DNA of 62,992 bases, counting the filler, from Reclinomonas americana ATCC 50394 (lineage: Eukaryota), in NCBI GenBank assembly GCA_048213135.1. It is 9 parts of 6 records of this genome, joined end to end, with 100 filler letters (N's around TTAATTAATTAA, not from the genome) between each part and the next. Parts side by side here need not be neighbours in the genome. Positions count along the whole stretch, not along the records: positions 19,964 to 30,559 come from PS015460.1; positions 30,660 to 34,799 come from PS015461.1; positions 34,900 to 44,432 come from PS015461.1; 6 more parts are not named here. One strand, 5' to 3'. The notes under the pieces are model-generated. The model was not told the DNA's origin, ran no database searches, and saw nothing but the letters and a program-made list of their open reading frames with translations. Below are positions 28,901-41,652 of this stretch, one piece after another. Position 1 is the stretch's first letter. The number at the start of each line of letters is the position of its first letter. Position numbers and translations under genes: made by a program.

Positions 28901-30559
28901 TGTGAGTTGCAGGCGAAAGCGCAGGAGGCACACAGTGCGAGTCGGCAAACCTGCGGCTCGGGTGGCGGCTGAGCAATCGGCTCGCCGTCCTCATCGTACT
29001 CCACTGGTTGCGCCGCATGTGGCTCGGCCGGGATCTCGATGCGTTCACCACCGCGCATTTCAGTGCAGCTGGAACGACGAGATGAGATGAACGATGTGAC
29101 GCACATGTGAGGGGGAGAGAGAGAGGAGGGGAGGGGGGGGGGAGGAGGGAGAACGAAAAGTGTCGCACCNNNNNNNNNNNNNNNNNNNNNNNNNNNNNNN
29201 NNNNNNNNNNNNNNNNNNNNNNNNNNNNNNNNNNNNNNNNNNNNNNNNNNNNNNNNNNNNNNNNNNNNNNNNNNNNNNNNNNNNNNNNNNNNNNNNNNNN
29301 NNNNNNNNNNNNNNNNNNNNNNNNNNNNNNNNNNNNNNNNNNNNNNNNNNNNNNNNNNNNNNNNNNNNNNNNNNNNNNNNNNNNNNNNNNNNNNNNNNNN
29401 NNNNNNNNNNNNNNNNNNNNNNNNNNNNNNNNNNNNNNNNNNNNNNNNNNNNNNNNNNNNNNNNNNNNNNNNNNNNNNNNNNNNNNNNNNNNNNNNNNNN
29501 NNNNNNNNNNNNNNNNNNNNNNNNNNNNNNNNNNNNNNNNNNNNNNNNNNNNNNNNNNNNNNNNNNNNNNNNNNNNNNNNNNNNNNNNNNNNNNNNNNNN
29601 NNNNNNNNNNNNNNNNNNNNNNNNNNNNNNNNNNNNNNNNNNNNNNNNNNNNNNNNNNNNNNNNNNNNNNNNNNNNNNNNNNNNNNNNNNNNNNNNNNNN
29701 NNNNNNNNNNNNNNNNNNNNNNNNNNNNNNNNNNNNNNNNNNNNNNNNNNNNNNNNNNNNNNNNNNNNNNNNNNNNNNNNNNNNNNNNNNNNNNNNNNNN
29801 NNNNNNNNNNNNNNNNNNNNNNNGCCACGCAATGAAGTCAGCCACTGCAGATCGTCTTGGATCGGCAAATTGGAGCGCCAGTCCTGCACACACACTCATG
29901 CGTGAGTTCGCAGACAGAAGAGAGGGAGAGGAGTCAATCATACCTTGATCTCGCGCAACACCAAACGCTCCTTGTTGGCGCTCATCGCCACCAACTCCTC
30001 GGCCAGACCGTCGGTGCGGATCGGTGGGTCCGTGTTGCAGAAAATGTTGACCAAGAAGCCCACATCACGGAAGTGGTTCTCGAAGGCTGTGTGTTTTGCA
30101 CGCGAATCATGTGGTCAGAGAATGGGAGGCGAGGCGGGGGGATAGAGAGAGAGAGGAGGGCCAGGTGAACTCACTCTCCAGCGTGCGCTGGCGTGCAGAG
30201 AACACATCGTCGGAAATAGCATTCCTGCCGCGAATAGACTTGGCCAGCAGCTTGAACGACTCCCAGTTGTCGACCACCTTGCGGAGATCGCCAATCGTCA
30301 GCTGCTCCGAGATCAAGTCGTCTAGAGTCCGACTGAATGTCTGCGTGCAAGCACATGTGTCAGTGCGCACGAGCAAATGAATCTCTGTGAATCGTGTCGA
30401 CGAAACGACAAAGCCGGCCACGAGCACGCTCAACATGCGCGCCTTGGCCGAGGCGAGCGAGGCAAATGGCTGACGATCCAAGTGCAGATGATCCTCGATG
30501 CGAGTGCTGGTGTCACGCAGCCACTGTGATGCACAACCGTGAGGACGTGGCCGAGAGTA
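19964..30559 (-). CDS. RNF213: RNF213-like gene, stalk and dynein-like AAA+ core (gapped, multi-exon, partial at both ends)
   Basis: Motifs SVLAGTGKS; GLFKEIVCDR..IKVIAACNPYR; YRVLPLPQTM; VSLRDIVRC; ENLFMIFVSVLNKIPIFVIGKPGSSKSLA; YQCSPLST; VVLLDEVGLAEQSPHLPLKVLH..VGISNWVLDPAKINR; FFGLRDFYSIVK..IRNFGG. Confidence 0.9.
22909..23784 (+). CDS. RNF213: RNF213-like AAA3 exons on an inverted gap-bounded contig
   Basis: YVITVDNLLKMLSILMRLRCGIPTIIM|GETGCGKS..LNVHGG..VFFDEINTTTMG. The last exon (ATG G|gt) phases exactly into the minus-strand exon GC CTG TTC AAG (G-L-F-K) at 22005. Confidence 0.9.
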
Positions 30560-31892
30560 NNNNNNNNNNNNNNNNNNNNNNNNNNNNNNNNNNNNNNNNN
30601 NNNTTAATTAATTAANNNNNNNNNNNNNNNNNNNNNNNNNNNNNNNNNNNNNNNNNNNNAGAGAGAGAGAAAGAGAGACAGTGTGTGTGTGTCAGTGTCA
30701 AACCTGCACCGCCAGCGCCATAACCGCCGCTTGGCCCTGTGTGTGTGAGAGAGAGACACAGTGAGAGAGAGAGTGCATGAGGTAAGGAAAAATAGCTACT
30801 TTTGTCACTTTTGAACACACACACAAGAACATGCGAGAGACAGGGAAAATGAAAGACAGTGTGCAGGTGAGCAGGAGATTCGGGGTGCGAAGAGCGTGCG
30901 TGGGGGCGACGGGAGGCCATTGTCACCTGACATGGCGCGCTCTTCACGTGTTTCGGAAGTTGGTGTGTAAGAAGATGTCCCGCCGGTGTGTGCTTCTTTG
31001 TATACACACGCGCGCGCACGAGCAAGATGCACGCAGACAGGGGGGACGGGCTTGTGGTTACACAGGCACGCAAAAAAAACACGCGGCTTGCGGAAATAGC
31101 AGCGCGACGTTCATGGACGTCGAGACAAGGCGCCGACAAGTCCACTTGTGTTGATCAAGAGAGCGAGAGAGACACTGTACTTGTGCCACATCGAGCCTTG
31201 TCATCGGCAATGCAAACAGGAGTGGAAGACGATGCGGAGTCAGAAGAGCCACTTCAAGCGCTCTTCATCGCCAACACAAATAGAAGTGGAAGAGGAGCCA
31301 CAAGAGTCACAACAGCAAATCGATGCAGAGAAAATGCAGTGGAAAGCAACGCTGCAGAGACAAGGAACACAAGATAACTGATTCGAGGAGAACATGTACC
31401 ACATCAATCAACCACTCCTCGTCGCAAGCGCAATAATTAATGGGTGGAAGAGGAGTCAGAAGAGTTGCAATGGTGGAATACCGAAATCGATATCCATTGT
31501 GAAGAGTACAAGCACAGAGACACTGCATGCTCCAGAAAGAGAGAGACCCCATACTCGTACCACACCAGCCACTCCTCATTGCAAGCGCAATGATCAAGCA
31601 GGGAAGAGGGGTCACAAGAGTCATATACCGAAATCCAACGCGACGACAGTGCACGAAGAAGGCAAAAGCTGCACAGCAACGGCGACAGAGGAGCTTTCTC
31701 CAGTAGTGCCCCACCAGCTGCTCTACGCAACCATGCGCGAAAACAGTGCCCACGCCACTGCTGCAGCGAAACTCGGAAAAACACCAACCATCGACAAGTC
31801 TCCGCAGCTGCTTCTCCTCCTTGTTGCACGCACCTCGAAGCGAGTGCTGCACACCTGTGCACGTAACAAAAACACCGCTCTTCCACTACGCT

Positions 31893-33607
31893 TCAATCAC
31901 CATCGCCGCCCTCCTCTCGCGCACTCTCCCACGCCTGTAACCGCGCCCATGCGCGACTATACTGCGAAGCATGCGGACACGCAGTCGCCCACGCCACACG
32001 CAGCTTATCCGCCGACACCGGCTCCACCACCGCCTGCTCCAGCACCTTGACCGCGCGCGTGAGCGCCACCACCTCCCTTCCACACTCTGCACTCGCATCG
32101 CGCAACACCTGCGCGTCGTCGTCACACGCGCACATGCAGTCGCGCAACGCACAATGCACTGCACCCTGCGACACCAGCGCTGAGCACGCAGCTCAACAAC
32201 ACACACACACACACAGACAGAGACTGACCATTGCCCGCAGCAACTCGCGTAATCGTCGCCGCTGCGCGACCAACGACCGCACCAGCACACGCGCACGACT
32301 CTCACGCACACGCTCTCCACTCAACGCCAAGTCCACCGCGCCACACGTCAACTCTCTGCTCACTAAAATAAGCACATGCTCGACTCTACAGGAGCGCATG
32401 CTTTTGTCACCTGTACTCCATAAGCACCCGCACAAAGCCATTGGCGGCCTCGACAAGCGCCTCACGTGCAGTCGTCCACTGAGCACTGAGCAGCATTGAT
32501 ATAGGCGCGACTTTGGTGCATGTATGACACATCACTTTTACGTGGGTTCAATTGGACCCATGGCTGCGCCTCAGAGCACCGTACCAAGCTCCGCCNNNNN
32601 NNNNNNNNNNNNNNNNNNNNNNNNNNNNNNNNNNNNNNNNNNNNNNNNNNNNNNNNNNNNNNNNNNNNNNNNNNNNNNNNNNNNNNNNNNNNNNNNNNNN
32701 NNNNNNNNNNNNNNNNNNNNNNNNNNNNNNNNNNNNNNNNNNNNNNNNNNNNNNNNNNNNNNNNNNNNNNNNNNNNNNNNNNNNNNNNNNNNNNNNNNNN
32801 NNNNNNNNNNNNNNNNNNNNNNNNNNNNNNNNNNNNNNNNNNNNNNNNNNNNNNNNNNNNNNNNNNNNNNNNNNNNNNNNNNNNNNNNNNNNNNNNNNNN
32901 NNNNNNNNNNNNNNNNNNNNNNNNNNNNNNNNNNNNNNNNNNNNNNNNNNNNNNNNNNNNNNNNNNNNNNNNNNNNNNNNNNNNNNNNNNNNNNNNNNNN
33001 NNNNNNNNNNNNNNNNNNNNNNNNNNNNNNNNNNNNNNNNNNNNNNNNNNNNNNNNNNNNNNNNNNNNNNNNNNNNNNNNNNNNNNNNNNNNNNNNNNNN
33101 NNNNNNNNNNNNNNNNNNNNNNNNNNNNNNNNNNNNNNNNNNNNNNNNNNNNNNNNNNNNNNNNNNNNNNNNNNNNNNNNNNNNNNNNNNNNNNNNNNNN
33201 NNNNNNNNNNNNNNNNNNNNNNNNNNNNNNNNNNNNNNNNNNNNNNNNNNNNNNNNNNNNNNNNNNNNNNNNNNNNNNNNNNNNNNNNNNNNNNNNNNNN
33301 NNNNNNNNNNNNNNNNNNNNNNNNNNNNNNNNNNNNNNNNNNNNNNNNNNNNNNNNNNNNNNGTGTCGGGATCCGCTGCCGCCAATGCCGCAGCCGCCGC
33401 CTCTGCCGCCAATGCCGCAGTGAGCGCGGCCGGGGGCAGCTCAGTGTTGGCGAGTGTGGTGGGCGGAGGAGTGGGCACAGTGCCGGGCGGCTCGGCGTCG
33501 GTGGCGGCCTCGGCGGCCTCAGTGGCTATGTCGTCGGCGGCGGCGGGCGGGAGTGCGGGCGTGGGGGTGAGCAGCAGCTCGGGCGCGCGTGAGTTGAGCA
33601 GGGCGGG
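31893..33607 (-). CDS. Hypothetical helical protein (fragmentary, spans gap)
   Basis: Plausible GT-AG spliced exons (AREALVEAANGFVRVLMEY|...RVLVRSLVAQRRRLRELLRAM|...WARLQAWESAREEGGDGD*) plus an Ala/Pro-rich segment at 33363-33607; no family recognised. Confidence 0.35.
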
Positions 33608-34075
33608 NNNNNNNNNNNNNNNNNNNNNNNNNNNNNNNNNNNNNNNNNNNNNNNNNNNNNNNNNNNNNNNNNNNNNNNNNNNNNNNNNNNNNNNNNNNNN
33701 NNNNNNNNNNNNNNNNNNNNNNNNNNNNNNNNNNNNNNNNNNNNNNNNNNNNNNNNNNNNNNNNNNNNNNNNNNNNNNNNNNNNNNNNNNNNNNNNNNNN
33801 NNNNNNNNNNNNNNNNNNNNNNNNNNNNNNNNNNNNNNNNNNNNNNNNNNNNNNNNNNNNNNNNNNNNNNNNNNNNNNNNNNNNNNNNNNNNNNNNNNNN
33901 NNNNNNNNNNNNNNNNNNNNNNNNNNNNNNNNNNNNNNNNNNNNNNNNNNNNNNNNNNNNNNNNNNNNNNNNNNNNNNNNNNNNNNNNNNNNNNNNNNNN
34001 NNNNNNNNNNNNNNNNNNNNNNNNNNNNNNNNNNNNNNNNNNNNNNNNNNNNNNNNNNNNNNNNNNNNNNNNNNA

Positions 34076-34758
34076 GAGGCGGCGTTTGCAAAGACCGAGC
34101 GCATTGTTGCGTGATGATAAGCTTGCCGACGTGTGTGTCATGCGTGCGCTCATGTGTGTGTGTGGTGGAGAGCAGAGCGCGGAGTTGTTTGCGTTGACGT
34201 ATGGTGCATTGGTCACACAATTGCTCAAGGTGCGCGTGCGTGCTTCTTTGACAACGTGGCATTCATGCATGCTCTCACACACACGCACACTAGGACACTG
34301 ATGGCTCTGCGGTGGATGTGAACAAGCTGCTGGATGAGATGTTGCGTGGTGGCCTCTCTGTCTCTCTGTCTCTGTCTCTGACGACTGTGCGCAGTGGGTA
34401 CATGATTGGTACGCGCATTGTGGAGGACTTCCTCGCCAAGAGCAACACGGCATCGTGCCAGACCTTCCGCGATGCCATGGAGTCTGTGTCCAAGGTCGGC
34501 TTCAAGATGTTCCTGGGTGTCACAGCTGGCCTGGAAGACTGGAACTTTGGCGACGATGAGGTGCATGCTGTTTGAGGAAGCAGCATGCGCACCGTGGTCG
34601 CTGCGGACTCACTGTGGTGTGACATGCGCGTGCAGGTGTCGTTGACACTGGACAGCAGCAGCAACCCGATCACAGAGTTTGTGGAGCTGCCCGACGAGCT
34701 CGGCGACTTGGCCTACTGCAACATGATTTGCGGCGTGATTCGTGGAGCTCTGGAAATG
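34076..34758 (+). CDS. BET3: TRAPP complex subunit BET3/TRAPPC3 (partial)
   Basis: EAAFAKTERI|SAELFALTYGALVTQLLK|D..VNKLLDEI|GYMIGTRIVEDFLAK..KVGFKMFLG..NPITEFVELPDELGDLAYCNMICGVIRGALEM. Confidence 0.96.
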
Positions 34759-34898
34759 GTACGCGCCCTTTCCTCCTGCCGCCTGCGCCTGTGTGCACCN
34801 NNNNNNNNNNNNNNNNNNNNNNNNNNNNNNNNNNNNNNNNNNNTTAATTAATTAANNNNNNNNNNNNNNNNNNNNNNNNNNNNNNNNNNNNNNNNNNN

Positions 34899-35583
34899 NA
34901 ACTGATCGGGGTTCGGGTTGCGGCAAATGGTGCCGACATACGTCAACACCACCAGCTCAGCAATGGAGGCCACCGCTTGAATGATGGTGAGGATGAGGAC
35001 AGTGAGGGCGACGCGCGAACGACATGAGCCGAAGCGAATCCACCCGCTCGGCAACGTCGCCATCACCATCATCGTCCAGAACACACACAGTGCCGCCAAT
35101 AGAATGACCATGGAGCCCGCGTTGATGAACAGCGCAGACCAGTAGTCAGGCGGGTTCCAGTACATGGCATACGCAGCTGTGCAAGGGAGTGTGTAAGAGT
35201 GTGTGCAAGTGTGTGTGCAAGGGTGTGCGTGTGTGTGCGTGTGTGTGTGTGTGTGTGTTGTGCACAAGTGAGTCAATGTGTTTTATCAGACAAGTGTATG
35301 CAACTGGCGGCGCTTGCGGAGCACGTTAGTCGCACTGTCTGCGTGATCCAGTAGAATGTGATGCGCGATCTTGAGTCACTGGAGAAGTGAGTGAGAGTGA
35401 GAGTGAGAGTGAGAGTGTGAGCGGGTGAGGAAAAATATACGCGCGCGCATATGTGTGTCAACGCAACTATCGTCGATTGGGGAAGCGAAAGATGAGGTGA
35501 AAGACAAGGGAGAGGAAGACAATAACAGCGGCGGCGGGGTACACGCCGTTGACGATGATTACATAGTACAATGGTGGGTCCAT
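34899..35583 (-). CDS. Multi-pass membrane protein (at least 4 TM, 3'-partial; 7TM/GPCR-like layout possible)
   Basis: MDPPLYYVIIVNGVYPAAAVIVFLSLVFHLIFRFPNRRY|DSRSRITFYWITQTVRLTCSASAA|TAYAMYW..LFINAGSMVILLAALCVFWTMMV..VALTVLILTIIQAVASIAELVVLTYV. Confidence 0.65.
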
Positions 35584-36607
35584 GTGTGTCAACAGAGAGA
35601 GTGTGTGTGAGATAAGAGAGAGAAAGTGCACACACAAAAGAGAGAGAGTGTGTGTGCGTGTCGGGGGAGAGAGGAGTCGCGTGCGCACACACACGCACTC
35701 TGTGGTTGTGTGTGCGTGTGTGCGTGAACAAGCGCGAAAGTGTGTGCGTGGTGCGAGAATGGATTTCCCGATCCGTTTTTTCGACGGACGCCGCCCATTA
35801 CCAGAGTGCATTGTCATGCAGTTGCATGGTGCTCCCTGTGATGGTGGGGTAGGTGCAGAATTGGAGGCGTTGGTGCATGTGGGGGAGAAACAAGTGAAAG
35901 ATCGATAAATTTAGAAGGCACTTGGTTTCGCGAGTGCAGGGCGAGCCGGCGCGCGCCGCAAAGAACACATGTATAGGTGCAGGGCCGCCTGTGGGGTGTA
36001 CGTGTAGACTTTGCAGAGCACGCCTGAAATGCAGTGCCGAGAAGAAATTCGAATTCGAATTCGGCGGCAAGCTGCAGGCCTAGGTGCATGCGTGGCAAGC
36101 ATCGGAAATGTGTTCCACGGCAGATTGTGCTCCGCAGCGGGCCGAGTACGCGCAGTTACAGGTGCATCCGTGCCGGTGAAGCCTTTGAGACTAGAGACCA
36201 CCTGCTGCTGGCCATGATGGGCGATCCATGGACTCGATGCATTGTTGTATAGGCGATGCAGTACGGCTATGTCCAATGACCATCAAGACAGCTGTTGCTT
36301 TTTTGTTGGTACCGGTGGAAATTGTTGCAGTATGCAAACGTCTGATTTTCACATTTTACACAAGAATTCGAAGTCAGAGGACGGGTTGTCTGACCACAGT
36401 GCAACACCGTTGCGAAGTGAAGAGCAGCTGAGACGCCTTCTGCGTTCCCGTCAACCATGCGTCGACGTCGAAGTTGTCCTGGTACATTTTGGCGCGAAAT
36501 AAAATCATCATTTCACACTTTGACGAGCGATGGGTTTGTGTTTGTGTTTGTGTCTGTGTTTGCGTGTGCGTTGTTGTCTTCCACTCATGCCACGCGCTGC
36601 GCCCCAG

Positions 36608-39202
36608 ATGACACCGATGCCGGCTACGCTCTGGCAGGTGTGTTGTTCTTTCTTTTTCCCTCAGTGCACACATGCACAACACCACAGAGAAGAGGGTATA
36701 AAGAGGCTCTGATGCGTTTGTGCGCTCTCAGCTCCACTCGAAGTCCACAACTTTGACGACTGCCTGCCGTTGTTGGGTTTGCCAGCATCGGTACTGGAGG
36801 CTGTTCTCAAGGGTGTGAAAGAACACTACACTGCGGCTGTGTGGAACGCCACGGGAGTAGGTTATTACACTGCGTGCTTTTGTTAGCAGTCCCCCTTCTT
36901 TTCCTTGCCGCTTACACAAACTTCTTCGAAGCTGGCAAGCAGATGTTTCTGCAGACGCTGGCCTCTCTGCTCGCCACTCGCGAGGTGGAGATNNNNNNNN
37001 NNNNNNNNNNNNNNNNNNNNNNNNNNNNNNNNNNNNNNNNNNNNNNNNNNNNNNNNNNNNNNNNNNNNNNNNNNNNNNNNNNNNNNNNNNNNNNNNNNNN
37101 NNNNNNNNNNNNNNNNNNNNNNNNNNNNNNNNNNNNNNNNNNNNNNNNNNNNNNNNNNNNNNNNNNNNNNNNNNNNNNNNNNNNNNNNNNNNNNNNNNNN
37201 NNNNNNNNNNNNNNNNNNNNNNNNNNNNNNNNNNNNNNNNNNNNNNNNNNNNNNNNNNNNNNNNNNNNNNTACAGGTGTGGCAAGAGAGAAAGGAACGAA
37301 AAGGGGGGAGAGAGAGACTCATTTACGTAACGATGTGTGCACAGCGCTGGATGCGTTTGGCGAGTCCGAGTACGCGCCCGGCGTGAAGCGGCGGCGCAAG
37401 CTGCAGGTGGAGGAGTTGTCGGCGGAGGTGCGTGAGCGACTGGAGGCGCTGCGCAATGAGTACTCGACGGCTGTGGCCTCCATCGTGGATGTGGCGGCGC
37501 CGAGCAGTCAACCGCAGCGCGGTGGTGGTTTCGAATCCAAAATCGAGCAAGCGCCGCCACTCGACATTTCACCATTCAATGAGTTGTTTGATCGCGACCG
37601 CCAGTTCGTGCAGCGTGTGACGCAGCGCGAGCGCTCCATGCACGATCGTACCACCGTGTTGCGTGCCGAGCAGGCGCTGCAGACGGTGCAGGCCGGCACC
37701 ACGGCCACTTCGGGGCGTGCAGGCACCGGCTCTGCTGTCTCCGCCTCACAACAGTCATCACAAGGCTCTGCAAGTGGCGAGGCCGACAACCAGGCGAAGC
37801 GCGGTTACTTTTCTGACGTGCTAGAACTATTCCGGCTGGTGCAGCGAACAGCGGTGCGTTTCCTTTCCTCGGGATGAGTTCATTTGCAAAGATCTCACTT
37901 GCATTTGTACATACAGGCCAGTGAACCGGTGGCCACACACGCCACGGCCGCCGCCGGTGGTCCCGTCGGTGGACGACCCAGCGGTGGCCGACCTGGCTCG
38001 CCGACGTCGGCGCGCAAGTCCACGCAGCCAAAGAAGCCGGCCGTGGAACCGTCGCGCTTGGAGCGACAGGTGCCGGAGAACCAAGTATGGGGTCACGCCG
38101 GCATTGGCTCCGGTGCGTGTCTTGTCGTCGTAGCACTTGTGACCGTACACACAGTCACTCACCACGTCCACCAACCAGACGTGACGGACATTGTGGCAAA
38201 CCCCTCCGGAACGCTGCTCCCCGTGCGCGTTGCGTCATTCCTCCCCCCTTGTCTCGCACATGCCCTTTCTCACTCGTGGCACACAGTCGGCCTCCTCCTC
38301 CACAACCTCTTCGTCGTCCGCCGCTCCGCGGTCATCGTCCGCTCCCCGGCCAGCCCCACCATCAAAACCAACGACCGCCGCTGCTCCGCCGCCTCCCCCT
38401 CCTGCATCTTCGTCCTCCTCCTCCGCTGGCGCTGCAACAGCAGCAGCCGGGGGTTCAGGGGCGGCAGCACCACCCGAGGGCAAGAAGCAGCGACCATTTA
38501 TCATTCTGGTGCCGTCGGCCGCCACCTCGCTCATCACGCTGTACAATGCCAAGGAATTCCTACAAGACGGAAAGTTGCGTGACACACACACGAAACGCCG
38601 CACTGCGTGTTCCTCCCCTCCCCCCATCCCACTCACGCACGTTGGTGGTGTTGCGTGCTCCAGCTTTGTGTTCTCGGAGGAGAAGCGCAAGGCCAACCCG
38701 AAAAAGGAGAGCTTTGTGCGCATCACACGCACACTACCGAACGGGCAGACAATGACGTACGACGTGCTGGACAACCCGGCCAAGCTGCCCGCCGGCTACT
38801 TTGAGCGCACCGTGGCCGTCTTTGTCACCGGCCAGCCGTGGCAGTTTGCCGACTGGCCCATCTCGCAGCCGGCAGAGATCTTCTCCAAGTGTTGCGTGAC
38901 CACTCGTGCTTTGCTATGTGCGTGCGGGTTGCTGCTGCTCAAAAAGACGCACGCAGTCCGCGGCTTCCACCTGCACTTCACCGACGAGAAGGCGCACCCG
39001 AACGTGGCGAACTGGAACGTCAAGACACTCACGGTCTTTTCCTGCAACGCTCGCGTACTTGCACACGACACACACACTTGCTCACTACTGTGTACAGATC
39101 TCCAAGGAAAACCACATGCGATACATGGACCGATCCAAATACCTCGAGTTCTGGCGCCTCGTCGACGACCACATGACGAAGAAGAACATGTGGAAGCTGT
39201 GA
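36608..39202 (+). CDS. CDC73: PAF1 complex subunit CDC73/parafibromin (N-terminus uncertain)
   Basis: DRQFVQRVTQRERSMHDRTTVL; RPFIILVPSAATSLITLYNAKEFLQDGNFV; YFERTVAVFVTGQPWQFADWP..PAEIFSKFRGFHLHF..VANWNVKTLTISK..RYMDR..FWRLVD. Confidence 0.92.
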
Positions 39203-39295
39203 TCGAGCAGAAAAAAAGGAAAAAGGGGGGGAAAAGTGTGTGACAGCTCGTGACACGATAAAAATTCAATCAATTTCTCATCAGCTTGTCAGAGA

Positions 39296-39584
39296 ATGAG
39301 CAAGGCGCACGACTTCCTCGACAAGATCTCCAAGCAGATGTGCGTGTGCCTCTCTGTGTGTATATGAGAGAGAACACGCGCATTCTCACTCTCTGTGTGT
39401 GTGTGTGTGTGTGAGCAGGCAATCGTTTCTGTCTGCGGGCAAGTGGAGTGGGCGAGCGGCGGTGACCGAGGCCAACGTGCCCTGCCCCGACTACACTCAG
39501 AAGCTCTATGACAACCTGCTGAGCATGCTGGAGACACAGGGACACGCAGTCGTCAACAACCCACTCACACAGGTGAGAGAGAGC

Positions 39585-39621
<37 letters not shown>

Positions 39622-41441
39622 GCGCGCAGCAACAAATCACCGACTGGTGGAACGCACACTACTCGGAGCTGTTGGAGCAGTTCCAGCGCGAGTGGACAGC
39701 TGCATTGCCTTCTTCCTCGACAACAATGCATGTCGATCGCGATCGAGCAAGTGGAAAACGCCCTCGCGAGCCTGTGCCAAGCAGTAGCAGTAGCAGTAGC
39801 ACAACGGCAGCAGCGAGCAAGCAGCAGCAGCAGCAGCAGGCANNNNNNNNNNNNNNNNNNNNNNNNNNNNNNNNNNNNNNNNNNNNNNNNNNNNNNNNNN
39901 NNNNNNNNNNNNNNNNNNNNNNNNNNNNNNNNNNNNNNNNNNNNNNNNNNNNNNNNNNNNNNNNNNNNNNNNNNNNNNNNNNNNNNNNNNNNNNNNNNNN
40001 NNNNNNNNNNNNNNNNNNNNNNNNNNNNNNNNNNNNNNNNNNNNNNNNNNNNNNNNNNNNNNNNNNNNNNNNNNNNNNNNNNNNNNNNNNNNNNNNNNNN
40101 NNNNNNNNNNNNNNNNNNNNNNNNNNNNNNNNNNNNNNNNNNNNNNNNNNNNNNNNNNNNNNNNNNNNNNNNNNNNNNNNNNNNNNNNNNNNNNNNNNNN
40201 NNNNNNNNNNNNNNNNNNNNNNNNNNNNNNNNNNNNNNNNNNNNNNNNNNNNNNNNNNNNNNNNNNNNNNNNNNNNNNNNNNNNNNNNNNNNNNNNNNNN
40301 NNNNNNNNNNNNNNNNNNNNNNNNNNNNNNNNNNNNNNNNNNNNNNNNNNNNNNNNNNNNNNNNNNNNNNNNNNNNNNNNNNNNNNNNNNGCGCAACCGG
40401 CGAAAAAGCGACGAAAGATCGTGCAGCCGCCGCCTATGATGGCAATGTCGACACCGAGCATTGCGGCCACTGGCAATGTCGTGGATCTCACTGCGGATGA
40501 GGACGAGGACGAGGTGACTACGCCGACTACGGTGGTGGTGCCCAAGAGCAAGAAACGTGGTGCGGAGAAGCGATCGGCGAATGGTCGTGGTGCTGTTGTT
40601 GTTGTTGTGGATGTTGGGGACAGTGACGAGTAGTAGTGACGCGGGGCGCTGACTTCGCTGTGCGGTGTCGCCCAGTGGGAGAGGAGGCTGCGAAGAGAAT
40701 AGCCGATGGTGCGTGTGCCTGTTGGATTCTTGGTGTTGTTGGAAGGCGTGATTTATGTGGCTTGTCGCGCAGGAGCCAAGTCGACGACGACAACGACGAC
40801 GACGAGTAAGACGGGTGTAAAGGTAAACAGAACGGACAGTGGAGACGATGAGGCGAAGGAGGTGCATGCGGCGAGCAAGAGCACTCGAACGGGTTCGAAG
40901 AAGACCGAGGAGGAGACGCTGGAGATGGGTTAGTGTTTTCGTTGCAGGAGTCCTCCACGCCAACAGTTGACGCTGACAGGTTGTGACAGAGTTGGATGCA
41001 GAGGCGCCGTCACCGCTGTCGTCCACCGGTGCAGCCGAAAGTGCGACCCCACCACCATTCGCGCCTCTTCCCACTCTTTGTTTATTTCCTCCCCCGCCCT
41101 CGCAGAAGCCGCCAAGAGCGCAAGCAGCAAATCCGGACACGCAGCTGCAGGTGGCAAGAAGGAGCCGCCGACCGCCTCCTCCTCCTCTTCCTCCTCGTCG
41201 GCGTCGTCGACAGCAGATAAGGGTACGTTGACACTCGCCTGCATGCCTACGCTGTGCGACAACTGAACTGCGCCATTTTCCCTATCAATTAGTAATGCAG
41301 CCGGCCGCCGCTGGCGACGACTCCCCCCTGCTCTTTGGAGGCCAGCAACCTGCCGGGAGAGCTGCCGCTGAGCTCGACCCTGTCGCGCAGCTTCTGCAGT
41401 CCAACGCTTTCCACAAGCTGCTGTCGACAATCACCAAGTGA
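39296..41441 (+). CDS. Hypothetical protein: helical N-terminus, low-complexity body with a SIM-like VVDLT motif
   Basis: MSKAHDFLDKISKQM|QSFLSAGKW..KLYDNLLSML..|QQITDWWNAHYSELLEQFQREW; later NVVDLTADEDEDE; ends ..QSNAFHKLLSTITK*. Confidence 0.55.
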
Positions 41442-41652
41442 AACCCTCGGAACAATTTTTGGCGGGAAATTCTCATCGCGTCGGAACAACCTGTGCGACC
41501 GCGAGGATGCGTTACTCACTTTTGTTTTGTGTGTGTCAGAACGCGGAGGTTACGCTCACCGGTCTGCACCATAGAGAGGCGTTGAGGGGTGCGCCAGAGA
41601 GCATTCTTATAGAGAGAGGATTGAGTGGAGCAAACAACAGTACATAGAGTAG

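Noticed and set aside
34341..34347. Reading GTTGCG sites as non-canonical TT-starting introns
   Set aside because: The frame is restored only when the intron starts at the G and ends at AG.
36044..36063. GAATTC tandem/palindromic run
   Set aside because: Too short, with no supporting context.
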